A DNA stretch of 62,962 bases, filler included, from Platydemus manokwari (GCA_037951405.1; 6 parts of 6 records of this genome joined end to end with filler, not necessarily neighbours in it); one strand, 5' to 3'. Shown: positions 39,327-53,000, numbered from the whole stretch's first letter. The notes: generated by a model from the sequence alone, not told the origin. Numbers and translations: made by a program.

Positions 39327-42300
39327 AAATACTCCATCATGTTATAAAAATTTGAAAATCTTTTAAATAATTCATGTATGCATTTTTAATTTTGATACTT
39401 GATATTGATGTTTTTACAATTCTTATGATCTTCGTTCATTCAGAACATGATTTGATATTTACTTGTGATAATTTATCATGATTATGATTATTATTATCAT
39501 TATTATTATTGTTATTATCATTCTTACTATTACTATGTATTATCTGAGTATGATTATATTTTATTTATATTATTTCTACTTATATTAAATATTTATCATT
39601 TATATTCAAATATTAAATGTAACATATTATTCTCGATGGTCAAATTTCTATTGATGGATTTGTATTAAATGTGCATTTTTATTTTTTGTCAAATTGAGTG
39701 TAAATTTTTTTATAAATTTCATTTTATTTGTTAAATGGTCTTAAATGACTACGATTTTTGGTCTTATGTTGATATTGATGTTTAATACCTTGTACAGTTT
39801 ATTTCAATAAAAATTTCTGATTATTTTTTGTCTATTGGTCTTTACGATTTTATATTTACATGGTTTGTTTTATCAATACCAAACAAATCATGTCAGTCAA
39901 ATAATAATTTTTAAATTAATCACTTTTAAAGTTCCATTTTTAAACTACTAGAAAATTATAAATGAATGATCACGTTGATTCTATAATTATTTCAATAATT
40001 TGTTGATTTACAATCCAAAACTTTTATATTCAAATGATAATCACATTTTAAAATAATTAGTTGGAAAGTCTTTAATTCCATCGACAAACCATTAATGATT
40101 CGATAATTTATTTATTCATCATTATTTATTTGCTAATAAACCTTTAAATCATTAAATAATCTAATTTTTCAATACGCACTTTCAATTCTAGTTTTACTCC
40201 CACTTTAATAACCAATATGGGTAACAATGTACTTTTATGTAGTCAGTTCAATTATCAAATCAATTATCGAATAAATTTGTATGAATTCTTTTGGCATTTT
40301 GTTAGATGTCTAAAAGCTTATTATGATTAAGATAATATTTAAGTATTTTCAGATAATTTTAATTTTTATATATATTTGTAAATAGAACCATTAAATGAAA
40401 CAATAATCAATCGAAGTTGGTTAACCAAATTGATTAGTAATTTAAAAATATAAAATTAATAAAATGCAAAACAGCTTGGTGAATATAAATTAATTTTCTC
40501 CAGTGTTATACAAGTGTTTTGAAACTCTGCTGTATAATTAAATTATTTTCAAGAGGATATTCCAAATGTAGTGCTCCAATTTCCCTTCAGCTTTAAGATT
40601 CTAATTAATATAAAATTAATGCAATTTATTCAATTTATCAATTTTATATTGGGTGCAATCAGTCTAGTTTTTAGAAGCTTAAAATCCAGATGATTAAAAC
40701 CAAATCAGTATTTGGCAATATTAAAACGTCTTCGCAAATTTCCTGATGTGTAACGTGATCAAAAATTCATTATCCTAAATTAAAAGACAATTAAAAGATT
40801 ATAATTATTCGGAAATGTGAAGAATTTCCCAATTGTTAGAAACCGCTTCATATTTCTAACAAATTTATTTAATTAATTTAAAAATATTTAACTTTATATA
40901 TAAGTTATTAAAATCAATTAAATATTGGTCAACATTATTTAAAAAAGCATTGCATATAACTTCATAATTATATATATATATATATATATATTTGTTTATT
41001 TGATTGACAAATTTAAACTGGTTTAATTTTTTCATTTTATTATGAATATACCATATCGAATAAGACTTTTATACGAACATTATTGGAGTACATCGAGGCA
41101 ATTACACAATTGCACAAATCTAGAATTTTAAAGAGTTGGAATTTAAAGTGACTTACTATTTTGAGTTTGTGCTTTATTTTTATAAAACTTTTAATTATGT
41201 ATAATTTTGATTATATTTGATGAAAATAAATAAACGGGAGATGTGATACCTTCAAATTATTTTACCGTTAACTAAAGATTACTTTATTTTCTTTTCAATA
41301 AATAAAGATTTCGGTTTTGCTATGAACCATTTTTTTCTGTAATGAAATTAAGTATTTCAAATTACAAAACATTTAAAAACCAATATGGGCGATGCAATAG
41401 TCAATCATGAATATTACAATAACTTAAAGCATATTATTAAAAGTTAATTTTAATGTATTCATTCATTTGAGTGATTTATATGTTTTAACTTGCATTAGCA
41501 TGTAATCTTTTTGATGTTTTCTGTCTAATTTTCAATGATTTTGTAACTATTTTTGTATTAAAAGATTTTCAATTTAAAAAATTTCAGTTTATATTATTTA
41601 TTAAGTTTATTTTCCAAACAATGATTGTTTCAAAATGGCGACCTCAATGTTTAAATCAATCAGGTACGCGAATTGATATATATCTGTTGATTTTTATTTT
41701 ATCATATTTATAATTCTCATTTGATTTAATCATAAAAAATTTAACTTTTAATAAATTTATTTCTATATTTTCGTCAGATTACAATATATAAAAAGTAGAA
41801 TTTTTTGGATGATAAATTGTTAATGAGTTTGTCGTTTCCTTAATCTCTTGATATCGAACCAAAGGAATGGGTTGACTCAATATCAAATCAAAAGCCAAAT
41901 CGTGACTAGATTTATCATCTAGTAATCTTATTGGCGTATTAGTTAATTGTTTACATTTTTACGTAATAACAGAGACCATCTTGATTGAAAATTATTTGAG
42001 ATATCTCCATTGATAAGGAAAAGTGGGAGGAAAAGTTCTCTAAACTGAATATTTTCAATTTAGGTCATTAGTTGCGCAATAATTTTTGAGTCTTGTAATG
42101 GAACCCGTAAATTATCTGTATAACAACTTGAGAAATATTCTCAGTAACGTTTTTATTCTAAGAATCATTTCTTGAATCCGAAACCGTCTTTAGGAACATC
42201 ATTTCATATTGTTGCGTCAGAACGATTCAAAAACAATTTATCTGTATCTCATTTAACACGAATAAAATATTCATGTACAAGTTTTATTTTCGTGAGGTTT

Positions 42301-45300
42301 TTGCTAATCAAAGGAAAAGCCCAAATATTTGTCATGAATCAAACGAGAATTGTAATCTGTTATATTTATTGATGATAATATTAATAAATACCAAACTCTC
42401 ACTGGTAAAAAGTTATGATCGTTGCTGTATTTATAATCAAAGGTCTGTGTGCGTTATTGGGTTAAATTTATAAGTTATTTATATTAAACGAAATATTGTT
42501 GGGTTTGAGTCAGCTGTTAATTTTATATTTTGCTGGACCTAGGGGGCTTCAGCAACTGGTATGATGACCGAGCTGCTGGAAAATAATTTGATTTCAAATT
42601 AATAATTGAGCTATATGTCAGGGGGTTTACCCAACATTTGTATTAGTTTTTCTCCTTCAAATTACAATTTTGATGTGAAGTACTTAACTATACTAAACTC
42701 CAGTTCTAGTGTTGTATGCTGTAATAAGTGTGTAAATAATAATGATTATAAGTTTAATACGGTAAATATATATAATTTTAATAAACATAATTATCTTGTT
42801 TGTATATATATATATACAAACAAGATAATTATGTTTATTAAAATTATNNNNNNNNNNNNNNNNNNNNNNNNNNNNNNNNNNNNNNNNNNNNTTAATTAAT
42901 TAANNNNNNNNNNNNNNNNNNNNNNNNNNNNNNNNNNNNNNNNNNNNCTTTTTTTTCCTATTTTATATATATTTTTAAAAAGAATATAAACGACTATTTG
43001 AAATTTAATATCTGAATATTTTTTAAGAACTCTAAAATTTCATCGAATTCCTCAGATATATGTGAAAGTATATTTTTAGTTCGTTGAGATATTTTGTGAA
43101 TGATATGAGTTTTATAAACATCTTTCAAACCAGGATTGAAGTACTTTTGTTTTTAATGGTTTCTTAATTTCTTTATTGTGCTCAATGTTCTTTAGAACAA
43201 TCATGGGATTTTAAACCTACATTATTTTTAAAAGACTTATAAATCTCACATTTGACCGAACTTTGTTCGGGAATAAGTAGTGCTTGATCCATATGTATTT
43301 TGGATCTTTCGTGAGATTTAAAACCTGATCAATTTATAAATATCCTATTATAAATTTTTCATTTAAATTCGCACATTTTTTATAGTATTTTTTTAAATAT
43401 TTTTTAATATTATATATATTGTTATCAATAGTTTCTTGTAATGGTTTTCCGATTTTTATTTCTAAATCTGATTTAGTATTAATAGTTACATTAACAATAG
43501 ATACATGCTATTATTTATCAATCAGTATATTAAACTCTAACATGTAATTATTTCTAACTAATGAGGTTATAGATTTTAAAATACTCGCTCCCATTTGATT
43601 GGTCAATTTGTACAATCTCTGAACACCTACACAGTTTAAGAAAATAGTTGGTTAGGGTTCAATAGAATGCCAATCTTTCGGAAAAATACTATTTTTTAAT
43701 AATTTGTAACATATCTGTATTATTTTTTATCAACGAATTCTCGTTTCGATTATGGTTTACCTCACTATTTACGTGGGTTATCGAATAAGATTTTTTTAAA
43801 TGAATTTTGATGAAAAATCCATCAGTTCATATATTAATTAAATAAATGTCATTAATAATTAAGTGCAAATAAAATCAATAATAAAAAATCAATAGAAATA
43901 ATTTCCAGTCAATAGCACGATGATATGCATTGATCTGGCAACAACAGTGAATTAAAAGCACTCATTAAACTATTTTCCATCGATTTGGAACTCATCTTAA
44001 ATTATAAATATAAAGAAATAACAAGAGGTTGCTGCCAATCTACTTATATGCTGAAAGTAGTAAATTTACATGAGTGAAAACATATCAAAAGTTCATTGCT
44101 ATGGTCATTATCGTGATTTAGGCTCATTTACTATAATTAGCTATTATTAAAACCAATTCGTTCGACAATTGAATCTTCTATCTTAGTACACTTGAGAATA
44201 AAACAGTGATCAGTATATTCGAAATAATGTGAATGGCAATGAAATATTATTTTATACAATTGTAGCGTTAGGTATTAAGCATCTCATAATAAATTTTTTT
44301 ATTAAATTTAACAATGTTAGTAGAGTGCTGCTGTGTAAATTATGAATATCGATCTTAATCAGCTATAATCGAGCAATAGAAAATTGTCATGAAGCTCTTA
44401 TGTTGCCTGAGAAGAAATAAATTTACGATTTTGATGATTGAGTTGAAGTACAATTGAGGTCACAGCTTAATTTGAATTGAGTATTATATATAAGACATTT
44501 GCGTTACCTTTGTGTAACAATCATTGAAGTAAAACTAGTAAAAATATTCACAAAATTATGCAATAACACGATCTGAACACAGTTCAGTAATTGCTGTTAA
44601 TCAATACCAAGACTGGCAAATGGAGTTATTATATTTCTATATCAGATTCTAATTTTATAAGTAGCATCTATTAAACTCATTCAGTACAATCATCTTGTTT
44701 AAACAACAGTTGTTGATTTGAATCTGTTAAATTTGAATTTGATGCTGTGCCGGATATGTGATATCTATTACAACATCTGACTTGAAGTGTGAAGGATATT
44801 TCATGATAGAGAGAAATTGAAGTCAGAGATAAATAAATAAATAATTGAATCTGCTAGATTTTTAAACCGTTTATAGTGCATTTGCTTATTTGGAATGAAA
44901 ACCCGATTACAGCTGGTGCACATGACCAAGTATTAACTTATAACAAATTAAAATAAAATGATGGTGAATTCAAATCCAGTGATCAGTGTATTGTAAAATG
45001 GTGAATTGTATTATTAATCAATACCAATAGCTACAAACAATATTAGATATTTACTGACTCTAATTATCTAAAATTGTAAACGTTTATCAATATTTGTGCT
45101 CTGTAGACATAATCGTCAACTTTTCACACTCAAAATCACACGCACAAAATCACTGAGTCACAAGGTCAATAATCAGTTCATAACTGAATCACAATTCGAA
45201 AGATAAAACAGCCACAGAAATTACCGACCACTCAATACTAGTTGTCAGAATTATTACATGCTTCCTTGTAACCGACAAAATTCTAGCCTATTTATATGTT

Positions 45301-45981
45301 TACTGATGTCTCCCATGTCATTGGAATATCTAAATATTAGTAACTTGTTTTCAGTGTGTGCAAAAATGAAGATAGAATTGCATTTATTGATTGATATTCT
45401 GGAGGCATCTGAATGGATACTGGTAGATGGGTTCATCATGCCTGTGTTTATCAACCCATTGAGAGTTAGTTCATGGCCTTTATAGGTATTTTGATCAACT
45501 TTGTCACATACATCACAAGATTAACAAATAAATCTAATAGTGACGAAATTCCCAATTCAAACATAATTCACTGAATAAGCTACATTTTTTAAATAAATTG
45601 TGATATGGAAAAAATATTTCAAGATATCTATTAAGGAAAATGATTTTTTAGGAATAATAATGAAGTAAAATGAAGAGATTGCAAAAATATTATGAACATC
45701 ACCACATCTGATATAACAACAAATGTTTTCAAAATTAGGTTTGTTTATGATGAGATGATTTCTTACATAAAAGTTAATAATTAAAATAAATGTGAAAAAG
45801 ATTTACAAAAATACTTTTATTTTCAGATAATTTATTGATTTTTATATTTCAATATATTTGTTAATAATTATTACTGTTATTGATTACAAACCAGATATTG
45901 ATATCATTATATATTTATAATTATTCTATAAAAATCAATCAGAGGAATCAATATTTTTTAAATGAAATTATTGAAGAACAA

Positions 45982-47726
45982 TTAATCCATTTCATTCAGA
46001 GACGTTTGATGAATAAGATTTGTAAATATTTCTTCAGGAAAATCATTTCCAAAATTGTTTTTAAATTTCTCAATCATATCCAATATTTTATTGAAGTTTT
46101 CTTTCGTCGTATTGTGATAAACCTGTGGCAAATTTAATTGATCGTAAATCTCTTTTACTAATTCGGCACTTGCATCATCTGGTTTGCCATAGTTTTCCTT
46201 TAATAATGAGATAAATATATGAATAGATTAAAACAAACATTAAAGTAGAATAAGAAATAAAGTACAGTATTTATTGATTTTACTGATCTTGTAAATGAAT
46301 TACGAAGTGGATGACTTGTTAACATATTTAATATGGATGATGACAAATATAAAGACGAAACATATTATCTACATATTCGGTAAGTCCAGAGCTCCATTAA
46401 AAAAAGCTCGCAGAGTTTTTACAGCATATAGCATATTATTCTTTTAAGGTAATAAATATTCATTCACAATCCCATTTATTTATAACATAAAATAATATAT
46501 TAATATAATACACTATAAGTCACACATATTAATCGATAAAATCAAATATAATCACATTATTTACTTTCAATTGTAATTTCTGTGAATCATTGGAGTATTT
46601 CAGAGCTTGTACAATGAGCCAGCTACATTTACCATTTTTTATATCATTATAATAATCTTCAACAATGTATATATCTCGATAACAATCTAGATAATCATCC
46701 TGAATAAACCATAATATCAATATATTTCATAAAATATCCCATCAGGATACAGAATCCGATAATTTATTTAATTGATCCCGATAAATATTTATTTTTTTGT
46801 TTTAAATGATAACAATAATATTATTTTCTGAAATCTGGGTTTTATCGCTTTTATAAGAATAATTGTAAAAAATATTAAATGAGTTATTTAAATATAATTT
46901 TGTACTCGAATTTGAAAGCATTTGCCCAGCTCGTTACAGATGTTCTCGATTTCTCTGAACATTTTCTCATCAGACTTTCCCGCCTATCGAAAGTCAATTA
47001 ATTCAATATTACACACCATTGATTCAAACCATGATAAAAACACTGAAAATAGGTACACAAAACTCAATAAAAGATACTTTCCATTTCCCGTTCATTTCGA
47101 ATCGACTTTCCGTAAAGCTATCCCAATCGATTCGATCACATGAAGTTAACATGTCTGAACATTGTCCTACGCAAGTTTTATAAATTGCCTCATTAAATAA
47201 CTCGATAAATTCTATATAATAAGATGTTGATTTGAAATATCGTTTCAAGATTCTCGCAATGATTATGCTCAGATATAAACCATCATTGATACCTATTAAA
47301 CCATATCCTTTATCACGACTTAGCAGGTATCAACATGGTTTATTTCGTCTTAGTGTCGAATTATCCATCATATCATCCAATAAGCACATTCCAGCTTTTG
47401 TCTACAACTCAATATTAAATGATAATTTTTACGAAATATAATTCAACGATTTCAATGCAACATCCAATGACATGCAATAATTTCATTTTCTCCTCATTGT
47501 AATCACAATTCATCAATTGTTTGAACGAATTCACAACAGATTTGATGCATTTCCCATCAAGATCACATATCGTGTATTTACACATCTATGAGATGATTGA
47601 AACATGATGATAAATATATTCTCATTTAAAACTCACCTCATCAAGATACTTGAAAGTATTCGACATTTCGATATCTTTATTCTCATGAAGAAAGCTCAAT
47701 ATTTCTTTAAAAGTATTTTCTAACAT
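45982..47726 (-). pseudogene. Divergent FPPS-like (trans-isoprenyl diphosphate synthase fold) gene, 6 exons, 342 codons, with one in-frame TGA; pseudogene, null allele or sequencing error
   Basis: Exons are 47726-47637, 47585-47448, 47401-47030, 46983-46906, 46699-46565 and 46197-45982, all separated by phase-0 GT-AG introns. Motifs: IGCCIEI|TKAGMCLLDDMMDNSTLRRNKPC*Y, GINDG, GQCSD, LGKCFQIR|DDYLD, DIKNGKCSWLIVQAL and ENYGK...VKEIYDQLNL. The TGA at 47332-47330 replaces the Trp of the conserved CWY motif. Confidence 0.88.
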
Positions 47727-49679
47727 AGTAATAGATGTCGAAAGATAATTTATTAATATGATTTATATTGAGATAAAACCAGCTGATTGGTATATATAGA
47801 TCATTTAAGGCATAAAGTCGTCAAGGAAGTTGTGATTATTTTCATTAATACAACATATTTAAGATAAAATTATTAATTTTGTTTTAATGCGTAGAAAATG
47901 ACCCAATTAAAAACCAAGTTAATTTATCTTCTAATCACCCGATAATATTGATCTTATTATAATATATGGACAGAAATAATAAAATATCACTCGGTTTTGT
48001 TTTTCTTAAACTACATGATCATTATTTCGATATACGTCTTTATCAAGATATAAACAAGGAATCGTCTTGAAACGAGAATAAACAGAATAATTCTATGTAA
48101 GTATTAGACATACATTTGTTACCGGTTCAAAAAGCTCTGAAAAAATACCGAATGGTCTGTCAGTTTATTGGAGAAATTTAATTAAATCAATACTTGTTAC
48201 AACCATAAATAAAAATCAATATTGTCAACAATAATTGGTCTTCTAGATCTTATTTGATATCTCTTTACCTCTCAGATCTAGCGACATGTATGAGGATTGC
48301 ATTTATAACAGTATGAACCCATGTCGATGATAAAAAAATAAAACTTTGAAAACTATTTGAAATGTCTCAATGCCAGTCCTCATTGTTCAATATTTAAAGT
48401 CCAATGAGAAATTTGGAGTTCAATCTAATCCCAGTACAAGCGACTAAACAGTAATCAGAAGAGATTTAAAAATTTGAACTTTGTTTCCAGCTGATAACAA
48501 ATCTGGTCATCGTTATCGTTTTGGTATTTATTATAGAACAAAACACGCTCTCTAAAATACACGGCAAAAAGTGCGGACATAAGTGATATAAAATTTTTTT
48601 CAAACTCAGATAACAAATCATATAATAAACATAATGAATATCATGGGTATCGTATGAATTGTTTATAATAATTATAAACATTGATGGCTTCTTAATTGGT
48701 ATGAACATTTATTTTTAACATATGAATATATCTATAGTTGAATGATCTTTATGTAATAATAAAAAGATGTTCTTCAGACCTTTTCGAATTTTTTTTCTAG
48801 AATTCGCAAAACGTTTTATAGGTTTTTGCTTGAAAGATTCAGCAATTCAATTTGTTGAAAGATTTATCGGTGGAAAGATAATTACTCGCAATATTATCAA
48901 TTAGACAAATTGAGAAGAACTATATATTTATGTGTGTGTATCTATGTTCATAACTATTGACCTATATTCTGGACAGGGAATATTAACATGTGCCCATAAA
49001 TTCTTAATTACATTCTGTTCTCAATTACAAATATGTTTTTGTCATAATCTGACTGTCCAATTGCTGCAAAACTCGATTATTCCATTGTGTTCCGGGTGCA
49101 ATTTATTCTTTTTTCTTTCGTATCGATCATTGTTGCAATCTTTGGTTCATTCTTAGTTATCATTGTGTTCGTGTGTTCTCATTCACCACACGGTAAAATT
49201 CATTGAAAAATCACATTCGTTTATCTTATAATATCCGCCGAAACCTTTGGGCAGCCTGTACATATAGCGTTGAAATGAAAAAAAACATTCCATTCAAGTG
49301 GCAATATTATTTTATAATAAATCATACTGTTTCAACTTGATGTGAAATAAATATCAATTACTGCATTAAAATATAGCATTGACCTTAATATAAGACAACT
49401 CCCATTTTCATACTGAAAGTAAATCATTCCATAACGACCTGGTTTAAGAACGACGTTTAAATATGCGATATAAGCAAAAGGCACATTAAGATTGAATGGA
49501 AAAAGTAAAGTTTTATATTCAGGGTATCATAATAAATAATCACGGCTTTTTAAACAAATACATATCGGCGCACTTGGCTATTCTTGTTAAATTTTAGCAT
49601 TGGTCACTTTTTCTACCAAATTATATAATAAAATATATTCATAAAACAACTTCATGTCAAGTATAAGTAAAAAATTTTA

Positions 49680-51380
49680 TTATATACGAAACAAATTCGC
49701 AATACGATCAGAAAGACTTTCTTTATCCATGCTTTGAAATATCAATTGCAATTTTCTACCATCAATGTATCTTGCATACCTCTTTATCGTCATTTTATAT
49801 GTATGCAAAAACTCATGGTCAAGTTCATTGTTGTTTTCCAATATGTTCTTCGAATTTTTAACATAAAATTCAAATCTCTTCAAAATATCTTGGCATGTAC
49901 TGTATTCAAAATCCTTATCAAACTTACTTCGAAAACAAATTTTCTGAATTTGTTCTTCTAGTTTGTTACATGTTCGAACCATTCCCTGAAAATAATCCAT
50001 ATCCCCCACCAGCCGATCTAACAAATCGAAAGAGTTTTCAAATGCCGCATTTGATTGATAGAATAGTGTAATCTTTTTGGTAAAATATTTATAACATTCA
50101 AATCTGATGGATTCATAGGCAGCATGGTATTCGGATTGGAAGTTGGTAATTGCCGACGAATTAAAACTCGCTCTCAATCGATCAATATGCATTTCGAATG
50201 TCAATCGGATAGATCTTAACAACGGGAAATCCCTGCATAAAGGAGTTAACAGACTAAAAAATTCTCTAAATGTTTTAGAAGGTAAAATAATCTTTTTGAT
50301 ATTGTTCATGGTATAATCGATGATTTCGTTTATTAAATTTTTCTCGAGTATGGGAAATCTTTGAATCATGTAATCCATGATTCCAATCTCTACATTTTCT
50401 GAAATCGCTACCAGTTTATGTTCTTCGTTATCATTATCCATATTATCAAGATTTTCGGTTGAACTATTTGATCGATCAATACAAAAGGGACAACATCCGT
50501 GTGTAATGAAAAAGTTTTCCACGCAATTTAAACATAACTTCTGATCACAAAGAGTAAATTTGGCATAATTTGTAAAGTCGACTTGTTGACCACACATCAA
50601 ACAATTATCTGTTTTGTGTTTTTCGACATTCAATAAAACCTTATTGATTAACTTCGCATCGTCAAATTTAATAGTTATCACCATGGCAACTAAAACAGAT
50701 TGAATTTTTTCCAGATAAGCGAGATCAGATAGAAATCGAATGAGAATTTTTTCAATTACCAATCGATTCAAATTGGTCGAATGTGTCAGAGTGGTGAAGT
50801 AATCGCCAAATATTTGAATCAAATAGACGATTTTACTGAAAATATAGTTCCATTTCGGTACTCCTACAAAAAATGGTTTCAAATTGTGTTGAATTTCGGG
50901 AATATGCCGAAATACAACACGAAGCATTTCCGTCATCCGATTTTGTGGGTAGACATTTTCAAAACAATCACGAAACATTTGGATTTGGATTGGTTGTTTT
51001 TGTGATATCAAGTCAAAAACTCTTTTATGGATTTGAATCAAAAATCGTTTATTGTCGTTGAATAATTCCGACAATTCTTTCAATGGTGACATCCAATGTT
51101 GTTTGATGGTTTTTTCTATCGAATTCTGGTCATATATTATGAGGTCACATTGATATTCAGAAATGGTTCTCACATGGTTGGGTAGATTATTTGTTTCAGC
51201 CAAAAACAAATCGGTCACACGGGAAACATCGATATTATCAAGTGGGCATGACATTGGATTCTTGTAATTAATAGCAATAACACAACTCCGACAAAAACAA
51301 TGATTACAATCTCCAAATGTCACAATGATTTCATTGTTCAAAGGATCATAACAAATCGGGCAGTATTCATCGTTATCCAT
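49680..51380 (-). CDS. Intronless 566-aa protein with two RING-HC-like zinc fingers, each followed by a helical region; putative E3 ubiquitin ligase
   Basis: RING1 is CPIC-x14-C-N-H-x2-C-x2-C-x11-CPLD (C3HC3D variant). RING2 is CLMC...CDQKLCLNC...CPFC, with His replaced by Gln. A long uninterrupted ORF is unlikely by chance in DNA this AT-rich. Confidence 0.85.
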   Translation of the reverse strand: MDNDEYCPICYDPLNNEIIVTFGDCNHCFCRSCVIAINYKNPMSCPLDNIDVSRVTDLFLAETNNLPNHVRTISEYQCDLIIYDQNSIEKTIKQHWMSPLKELSELFNDNKRFLIQIHKRVFDLISQKQPIQIQMFRDCFENVYPQNRMTEMLRVVFRHIPEIQHNLKPFFVGVPKWNYIFSKIVYLIQIFGDYFTTLTHSTNLNRLVIEKILIRFLSDLAYLEKIQSVLVAMVITIKFDDAKLINKVLLNVEKHKTDNCLMCGQQVDFTNYAKFTLCDQKLCLNCVENFFITHGCCPFCIDRSNSSTENLDNMDNDNEEHKLVAISENVEIGIMDYMIQRFPILEKNLINEIIDYTMNNIKKIILPSKTFREFFSLLTPLCRDFPLLRSIRLTFEMHIDRLRASFNSSAITNFQSEYHAAYESIRFECYKYFTKKITLFYQSNAAFENSFDLLDRLVGDMDYFQGMVRTCNKLEEQIQKICFRSKFDKDFEYSTCQDILKRFEFYVKNSKNILENNNELDHEFLHTYKMTIKRYARYIDGRKLQLIFQSMDKESLSDRIANLFRI

Positions 51381-51849
51381 TTTTTGAAAATTAATATTTA
51401 AAAGAACGTAATTCTAACAAATTATTTGTTATAAAATTAATTTTTTTTTAAATGTCATAATTTTAAAAGTATATTTTTAATATTTAAGTTATAATTTTAA
51501 ATTTATTTTATTAATAAATTTGCTGGTACAATATATTTTTATTATAAATATTTGAGGTCTATAGAATTTAAATTTTAATAATCTAAATAAAATAAATAAT
51601 TTTAAAATATTTATAATTTTGATTAATTAAATTATTAATTTAAATAAACAAATGATACTTTTACATTAACTTTATTATTTTTAATTTTCAAGTTCTTTAG
51701 AATTTTATAATTCANNNNNNNNNNNNNNNNNNNNNNNNNNNNNNNNNNNNNNNNNNNNTTAATTAATTAANNNNNNNNNNNNNNNNNNNNNNNNNNNNNN
51801 NNNNNNNNNNNNNNAGAAATGCGCGAAGCTGGATCCACCCCACCTCCTT

Positions 51850-53000
51850 TTTATTTCAAAAACAGTAAATACTAAACACATTGTTAAATTCATGCTCTTA
51901 TTATGCTAACAAATGGTTAGGCAATGGTCAATATTAATATGATTTATTCATTTTATTTACTAAAAGATTATTCAAATTAACCATAAGTTTACTGAAACAC
52001 GGAATTGCATAACAAATTATAATTCTCTTATAATTTTTTGAAATTATAAAATGTGTTTTAACACTAACAGTTTGATTCTATCCTTAACAAGTAGGCTGTA
52101 TATGAATTCCAATAATTGATATTAGAGCTATTGAAATATAACTGTTCAAATAATTGCTCTAACATTGAGGTATTTCACGAATATTACTTTAAAATGCACA
52201 TATGATATTTTTATATAAATTTAAGCCAACATCTTGCAGGATTATACCTTTTGTACTTAAGATTCATTCCAAAGGTTCGTTTGTTTAAAATTATTATTTA
52301 CAAATACATATATAAGGTTTTCCTGTCTATGCAAATTTAAATAATCAATTTTATCGTTAACTGTCTTAGAGAGCTTCTAACTTACTTTAAAATTAATAAC
52401 TTCTACATTAACAGATCAACGACTGCATGAGCATTTGTTTTTTCTCCTGGATACATATCTATTCGTAACATAATCCATTTACCAATTAATTGTAGTTAAC
52501 GACTTTACTTTCTTTACTAACTAGTCAGTGATATTCGTGACAATCTTTGTTAGCCACTGCTATTACTTGTATGAGCTGCAAAGTAGCTAAATTTGAATGT
52601 CACCAAAAATTTACATTTTATAATATAATGATAAAATATTTCCTCAAATTAAAAGATTGAATTGAAAGACGACTTTTAAAAGTTCAAAGATGCAATTATT
52701 ATTATTAATCAATTCATCTTCTAAACTGTGCCTGAGATCAATTAACAAAAAGGTAGAAAGTTCAAAATTTATGTTAATCATAATATCTATTTATTTTAAC
52801 AAATTTAAATCAATGTTTCCTCCATCGTTAAGATTCTCTTCACCCAATTATTGAATCTGGGAATCAATTTGAAGTGCATACCTGAATCCATATGCTACAA
52901 ATTATACTTCATCCGTAATGCAAGAATATTTAAAGATATTTGATCATTATTTAGTAATAGACATGCTATTTCATGGAACATAAAGTCTACTGTTATATCT
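51850..53000 (-). mobile_element. Highly decayed Ty3/gypsy-like pol fragment (end of RT, RNase H, start of integrase)
   Basis: The minus strand gives KLIPRF (about 52870), then KWIML...YPGEK.NAHA (about 52480-52425; consensus RW.L.L...Y.PG..N..AD), then a weak PLP-like segment near 51925. It is heavily degraded. Confidence 0.33.

Noticed and set aside
41635-41663. AAAATGGCG...CAG|gtacgc as a first coding exon
   Set aside because: I found no convincing downstream coding exon; the nearest acceptor leads to a stop within about 15 codons.
47330-47332. Selenocysteine or an alternative genetic code as the explanation for the TGA
   Set aside because: The homologous residue is Trp rather than Cys, no SECIS was recognised, and other genes here use TGG for Trp while the RBM26 model ends in TGA.
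49400-49600. Minus-strand KPGRYGM resembling the piggyBac KPxKYG motif
   Set aside because: It is a single short motif without clear DDD residues, too weak to call.
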